DNA of 64,000 nucleotides from Azolla caroliniana (taxonomy: Eukaryota > Plantae > Polypodiophyta), in assembly GCA_043228905.1 (NCBI GenBank), contig JBHGNT010000006.1:6448001-6512000 (forward strand). The letters are read 5' to 3'. Below, one piece after another: positions 56,850-64,000 of this stretch. Below the pieces are notes generated by a model. The model was not told the origin of the DNA. It ran no database searches and saw only the letters and a program-made list of their open reading frames with translations. Made by a program: the position numbers and the translations under genes. Within the stretch, counting starts at the first letter, position 1. The number at the start of each line of letters is the position of its first letter.

Positions 56850-57339
56850 GGGATTGACCACATTGGTTAAAGTAACCATAGTCACCTTAACCAAGGTTGG
56901 TAACTTTGAGGATAGTTAGTTGGTAACCACAGTCAAATTAACTAGAGTAACTTATGATTGCATTAATGATTACAAAGTCAAACTAACATATTGATCAATC
57001 TTTTATAGTCATAACAACATGCAATGACTTCAAAGGTCATGAAGGAGACAATGATAGAGGTTCATGAATGTGCCAATGATTGATTACTAAAAGCAACAAT
57101 TTTTATGACTCTCAAATGTTGTGTATTAAAGATGTTGGCATGAATTAACCAATGATTGATAAGTCTAATATTTAAAATGGTGAGCATTAAAGAACCAATG
57201 AGTGAGACGTTCTATATCAAAATGGGTGCCATTAATTAGCCAATGATTTTAACATTAATCCAACATATTCATGGCTTGTTAATGATTAGTTTTATATTAT
57301 ACTTGATTTAACTTCATATAGATGTAGTTTATATAATAA

Positions 57340-60300
57340 TTGATACCCGACCTACAGGTGAGCTACCAACAGATTTACACTTCTTCAAGGGTTAGGGGAT
57401 GGCGACCCAGCAGCGTTGGCAGCAATGTTGTCCCCGTGCGACTCCTCACGCCTTCCCCCGCGGGAGCCCGAACTCGTGTTCTCCACCTCGATGGAGATGC
57501 AACCCCAACTTGTACCGTCCACCCCGGAAGAGAAGTTGGCACAACCCCCCCTCCTGTTGGAACGTGAATGTGGTAGTGGCCTCAGATTAGTGAAATCGTG
57601 GATCCGGACGGGCAAGCTCAAGGACAAAGAAAAGGGTAAGATAGGAAGACCAACACCTGGTTTGGCGACGACTCTGTTAGATAGAGGGATGCAAGTTGTG
57701 CCACCGCTTCGGAGCACAAATGTATCGCGGGATCTATTTGAAGCGGGTCAGGAACGACCGACTGAGAATCTTGTAGGGGATTTGCAGCCTGCAGTGGAGA
57801 CCATACCCCCCGAAACAGGTGTTAGTTTGCCCCATGACATGGGGATCGGCCCGAACATGGGCGCCACCGTCACCATTTTCGGATGAGGATCCTAACGTGG
57901 AATGTACAGGGCCTTGGTGGAGGCCGACAACACCAAGAGTGTAGAAGACTTCAGGAGGAGCTGAATCCCCTTAATATAGGGGGCCATATTGACATATTGC
58001 TTTTGCAGGAACACCACCTCTCGCAAGAGCGAACTCAGAGCTTAGTAAACCCCTTGTCGGGTGGGTGGACCACATGGTGGTCGGCTGCGCAGGGTGACCT
58101 CCACCGAAGAGGAAGGGTCTGCATCTCGATCAGCGATAAGGCCCGATACGAAGTAACATCATCTGGCACGCTGGTGGAGGGTCGGGCCTTATATGTGCTT
58201 CTGAAATGGAATCGCCTACAGATTGGGGTGCTAAACATTTATGCCCCTAACTCAGCCCCCGAGAGAGCAATCTTTTGGAGGATGCTAGCGACAACATTAC
58301 CTAATGTCGAGGCTTGGGTAATGGCAGGTGATTTGAACATGACTGAACACCTGGGAGATAGGAAAGGAGGGACCCAGAGGCCTATTTATGGTGCAGAGCT
58401 GGATTCATGGGCTTTCTTAATTGGCAAAATCGGGGTGAAGGATACATGGGGCTCTTCCCTTCGCTGCACTTTTCTAGAGCCGCCGGGAATGCTAGGGGCG
58501 GTAGTCTTGCACCGCTAGACCGCATATACATCAACTCATCCCTCGCTATCTTGGCAGGTCTTACCTTTTCAGATCATCAGCCGGTGAGACTAGACCTTAA
58601 CCCACCCAACGATAGCAAGGGCAGTCTCAATGTAAAGATCCTCATAAAGATCATGAAGAGTGAAGAGGTGAAGGCCGGTTTACAGAGTATATGGCAGGAC
58701 ACCATGGGCAGTGAATCAGCCAGCGAAGATCTGCAGAAAAAATTGGCCCTCTCCTCCTCCTTTTTACAACAAGAGACCAAGCGCACCCTCCAATAGGTTA
58801 GAGCCATTGAAACAAAATTAAGGAAGGCCGTTGCGGCAACGCAACGGCTGTTACAGGTAGACCCTGGTTGCAAATGGTCTAGAGCTAAGCTAGAGGAAGC
58901 AAAGATGAAGGTACAGGAAAGGACTTTGGAGAAGAACCGAATGTTGTTTCGAAGAAACGCAACATGGTGGGCTAGAAAAGACGACAAGGTCAACCGACAT
59001 TTCTTTCACTACAAAGCACCCAAGGGTGGTGGTGGACGTATACACGGGCTGCGCAAACCAGACGGCTCAATAACGGAGGACAAGACTGAGGTTCTGGAAA
59101 TGGCAACACAATACTATCGTGACCTCCTCACGCCTATGCATGTGAGGCAAAACTCGGAGCTGGTTGATCGAGTGATGTCTTGCATTCACCCCAAGGTAAC
59201 CCAAGAGATGGAAGTTGTGCTCGATAGTCCCATCTCTCGTTTAGAGCTCTCGGAGGCACTTAGGGGATTGCGAAGGGGTGCATGCCCCGACCCCGATGGT
59301 CTCTCACGAGATTTCTTCGAGATTCATTGGGAATGTGTTATCCCGTCCTTGGAAGCCGGGTTCCAAGAGATTTGGTCCTCAGGAAAGATGTCGATTGGTC
59401 TGGTTGAGGGGATGATATATCTCATCCCCAAATCCCAAGAGCGAAGCCTAGAGTTGCGCCAATGGCGTCCAATCACGATCCTTAACACGGCATACAAGAT
59501 ACTCGGCAAAGTCCTAGCTCAGCGATTAGCAAGCTTCTTACCGGACATCATACACGACAATCAAACTGGGTTTGTCAAGAACAGGTGTATCTTTGATAAT
59601 GTGTTTCTTCTTTGGGAAGCTATGGCATTGGCCGGTCGCTCCGTATCGAGCTCGGCTATTCTGATGCTAGACTTCGAGAAGGCCTACGATAGGGTGTTAT
59701 GGCCCTTTTTGGAAAATGTGATGAGAGCTTTGGGCCTACCTCAAAAATGGAGGAATTGCACTTCTGCACTCTATCGGACAGCTACGAGTAGCATGCTGAT
59801 GGCTGGATCTAGGGGACCCGCCTTCCAACTACAACGCTCAGTGAGGCAAGGTTGTCCCCTAGCCCCATATCTCTATCTCTTTGTAACCGAGGCTTTCTCC
59901 GCCTACTTACAAGCACCAACTAGCGGGCTGCGGGGATTGCCCATCCCCAATGCGATTGAAGATTTGTTGTTATTTGAATATGCCGACGATACGGTTCTTT
60001 TCTTGCAAGGTGATGAGGAGAATTTACAGCGGGCTGAACATCTTGTCGAGGACTTTTGTCAGGCGGCTGGTGCCAAGATCAATTGGAATAAAACCCAAGG
60101 TCTATGGTTCAGCGAACAGGAGACACCAAGATGGCAACCCCATGCCGATTTTACGTGGGTCCCTAGTGGGACGACTTTCAAGTACCTTGGATTTACGATG
60201 GGGAGGTCAATCCCCAAGGGAGCGCAATTGGCCCACGTACAAGCCAAAATAAGTAAGAAGTTGAACCAGTGGAGTAGATCTAAATTGTCCTTCGTTGGTA

Positions 60301-62362
60301 GGGTCCTTGTGGCGAACCAAGTGCTGCTCGCTACCATGTGGCACTCAGTCTCATGCTGGATTATGGACCCTGCAGGTTTGCACGTGATTAAGGCTACCAT
60401 TAGGGGGTTTATATGGTCAGGTAAGGACAACCCAAGGGCTGCCGCCAGAGTCTCATGGTGTTGGTTAACGCAACCGCAGGCCAAAGGGGGGCTTGGCCTC
60501 ATAGACCCCTTAATGCAGAGTCATGCATTGCTGGCTAAAATGGTGGTTCGCTGCCTCCTGCCATGTAAGGGGTGCTGGAAGGTACTTCTTCGCAACAGGC
60601 TGCAAGTAGGGACTCCCAAGTATGGTAGGCCTTGGCCTGACTCCTTGAATTGGTGCTGCACGAGCGGAGTCCCACCCAGGCTGGCTTGCCATCCGGAGGA
60701 CAGGGTCACGAACTCCATCTTGCGGGCATGGTGCCATATACGACAGCATTTGGTCAAGCACACCCCGGAGACATTGACCGAATGGACTAGACAACCACTA
60801 TTCTGGAATCCTCATGTGCGAATGAATGACAATACGATGCTAGGGCAACTTAAGGGCCTAGCATGGGGAAAGTTGGCACAAACAGGCCTCCTATCTATAG
60901 ATGATTGGAGACGCATGGCTGATTCAGGAAGAGCCCAAGAGGACCTTTTCCCTCCCCTCAAGGGAGCTACGAAAATGCGGAGACTGATAGCTGAGGCAGT
61001 TGGCAGGGTTCCGATGGGGGAGGCGAGAGAACATGCATGGTTCGGTCTCTTTGACGAGGCTGGAATGGTCAAGTCGCTAAAGGGCATGAGCGGATCGGGG
61101 AGTGATACAGTTTTTGGGGACAGCCAGAGCAGCGGCTCTTGGCACCCAATCCGAGTGGTGGCACAGATTGATAACATCTGGAAGACAGACCCGGATGTTG
61201 CTAAGGTGGAACCCCATTGGAGGTTAAGGGTATACGATTGTCGCCCCCTTGTTGATCTGGATTGGGACCCCGGGGATTTTAGATGGAAACATGACGATAG
61301 ACTCCACCACTTCTTCGATTACACCACTAAATTGGGTCGGACATTGCAGCTGCAGCCAGGCGGCCCCCTTCGCAACGGCTGGCGAACATTGGGCATCCCC
61401 GATGAGGCACTCATTGCCTTTTGGAAGGGTCTTTGGCGTCTCCACATGCCTGAAAAGATTAAGCTCTTTTGGTGGCAGATCGGTCATAATGTGGTGCCCG
61501 CTGGCGAATGGTTAGATAAACGTGGCGGCCCGTTAGGCTGCCCACTGTGCTCTCTACCTATTGAGTCTCTGAGACATTGTTTGTGGGATTGCCCTCAAGC
61601 TCAAAAGGTATGGGATAGAGTGACTCGCCTCCTTGTGGCATGTGAAGTTGAATTAACAGCCTCGTGGAGCGCTGCGGCATGGATTGATCACTCGGTCGAA
61701 GGGTGGACGGACGCCGTCAATGCGGATAGTTGGTGCTATGTATGCACGAGAGGCAAAATCGTCAAGATCCGTTTTGAAAGAGGCTTGCAGCCCGCATCCC
61801 CTAGGTTTCCGGAAATCTGGATGTTGATCGCAGGTTTCACCTTGTGGTATATATGGAAAGCGTGTTGCCTCAAGGTCTTCCAAGGTACGGTACGGCCCCC
61901 GGAGGAAGTGATCATGGACATATGGTTCGCGCTTATCAACTGCCTACGAGGGCAACTGGAAGAGGTTTGCAGCCACTCCAACGACGTGACCACTGCCCGT
62001 TTGCGCTTTTGGCAGAAATGGCGGATCACACCTATGGTGATGCAAGGTGGGAGTGGCCCGAGGTGGAACTACCAGCCCCCACGTTGGTTGTTTCCTACTC
62101 ACCTGCCACCCTCTCTTCGGTGTAGGCCCCAAGAGCCGACTCGTACTAGGCAACATTGAAGGGCATCGCCTTGGATATAGGTAGCTTCTTACATTAAGTT
62201 AGGCCGCAAGGCAATGTAAGTGGCTCATCTTCTTTGGCTTGATCGGAGGAAGTCTCCCCGATGTGTGTATAAGTCTCCTTATAGACTCTATGTAATAATC
62301 CTTCCTAACTAATGGGAAAGTAGCTTTACTTTGAAAAAAATAAAATAAAATAAAATAAAATA
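57340..62362 (+). mobile_element. L1/Tx1-type LINE, 5'-truncated, inserted between the methyltransferase and transposase genes
   Basis: ORF1 remnant to 57886; ORF2 57883-62159; tail aaaaaaa(taaaa)n at 62334-62362; no clear TSD. Confidence 0.88.
57883..62159 (+). pseudogene. LINE ORF2 (APE, RT, zf-RVT) with a frameshift at ~58460-58520 and a stop at 58794
   Basis: ILTWNVQG, NIYAPN, LDRIY, SDHQPV, WRPITILN, LDFEKAYDRV, YADDT, CPLC...HCLWDC. Confidence 0.9.
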
Positions 62363-62553
62363 GATATTTTAAGTACAATTACTTTATTAAAAATAATTTT
62401 TTGATGTATTGTATTAATAGAATATTACATAATATAGACGTTCTATTGATTTGGCTTTTGTTTAGAGAGAAGTTTATGTTTAGAGAGGAGCTTATTAGTT
62501 TTTTTCCTTACCCTAAGCACATAACTTAGAGAGCCCTATCTAGACCTTAAGCC

Positions 62554-64000
62554 ATGAGTGAAGATTCACCGTTCTCGATTGAAGAATATTGTTTGTCATC
62601 AGACCCATCGTTTTCTACTGAAGAGTATTGTTTGTCAACAGAGTCACCATATTCGATTGAAGAATATTGTCTGTCGACCGACTCACCATATTCTATCGAA
62701 GAATATTGTCTGAGCTCATCTACAGGGAATGTAAATAATGACACATGTGAAGAGTTCTCTATTGAAGAATACGATATTAATAAAGATACGGAGAATGAAG
62801 GTAGTGCCCAGGAAACATTGAATAACATTGGCGATGGTCACAACAGAGAATTAGACTGTAACAAGGTTACACCAACCTCTATGCAGGAAGAGAAATCTGG
62901 GAGCCCTATGCATATTAGAAGAATCCCACGAAGAATTCGTCTGGCTAGATTTAGCTTGGTGACATCAGATAAACAGATTGGATTTGATGTCAAAAAAATA
63001 TGTTGTGCCCGTGGTTGTATGTCTATGATTGGAAAATCAAAGTTGCGAGAATTAAGGCGATACTATTTTTCGATGACCGGTGATGAGCAAGACACTTACC
63101 TCGGGTCACATATGCAACTAGTATCTGACAAATGTACGGGGATCAAAGTATCATTCGAGTATTATATCTTCCATGCGCAACAGATATGTAGAGTTGCATT
63201 CAAAATTGCGTTATGTGTTAGTAACATGCGCCTACATAGAGTACAACAACGTCTACTTAGCGGGGATCAGATGCTCAATTGTAAAGAGGTTCCAAGTATG
63301 AAAGGTGCAATTGGAAGACATGCTATTGGTTGGATGAAAACTTACTTTCAGTTAAATTGTGAAGTAATGCCCACTACAAGTAGGATGCATCTTTCTGATA
63401 ATTATACACGTCGGGAAGTTTATGATGTCTATCGATTTGATATGCTGGGCTCACGTAATAAGTCTATCACCTATAGCCAATTCACAAGATTATGGAGAGC
63501 TCGGTTTTCAAATGTTATTATTCCTCGTAAAGTACGTATGGGGTATTGCTCCATTTGTGCAAATCTTAAAAGTTTGGCTAAAGGTGCAAAGACATCAATG
63601 GAAAAGGATACGAGTAAGAAGTTACTACAAGAGCATCGTGAGGCACAATCCTTAGAACGAAAGAAGGCGATGCATCATAGAGAGAAGTGTTTGAAGAGGC
63701 CCGAATAATACATGTGCTTAATGATAGATGGCATGGACCAGAAGAAGACATGCTTGCCGCATATGCGGAGGCTCCCCAAAGATGTCAATGATGAGTGCCT
63801 TGTTCAAATGCACTTGGTGGGATGCTTGGCTTATAATAGGTCTGTTCGACCTCACGTCTTCATTACTTACCCCAATGTTCACAATGACCCTAACCTAACA
63901 GTTACAGTGATTCACTAAGTTTTGATGTCTTGGGGCCAACCTTTCCCCCCTGTTCTATACATTCAATTGGACAATACTGCTAGAGAGAACAAAAATTCAA
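62554..64000 (+). pseudogene. Putative DDE transposase of Sola1/DUF7869 type with two in-frame TAA stops (63706, 63916); runs off the window
   Basis: CCARGC, ICRVAFKIALCVS, FTRLWRARF...GYCSIC, LMIDGMDQKK, DPNLTVTVI, LYIQLDNTARENKN; family call is from motif recall only. Confidence 0.65.

Overview
Land-plant nuclear DNA, probably from a non-seed plant such as a fern (inferred from a Tcn1-type chromovirus and the LINE type). Bases 1.4-25 kb are a nest of five LTR retrotransposons: an old Tat/Ogre-like Gypsy, a Tcn1-like chromovirus, a young intact CCGG-rich Copia, and two related chromovirus-family copies, one inserted in the other. Bases 26-49 kb hold four host genes: a chloroplast quinone/alkenal oxidoreductase, the 35-aa OST4 (absent from the ORF track), an Alfin-like PHD protein and phosphoglycolate phosphatase. 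A near full-length LINE sits among them. The most unusual region is 51.5-64 kb. It has a 6-exon gene encoding a ParB-like domain fused to a prokaryotic-type beta-class amino (N6A/N4C) DNA methyltransferase, whose first intron holds 25-bp palindromes at an exact 51-bp spacing. That gene is divergently oriented to a Sola/DUF7869-like transposase pseudogene, with a second LINE inserted between them. This looks like a large DNA transposon carrying its own DNA-modification module. Exon boundaries and family assignments were read by eye, without database searches.
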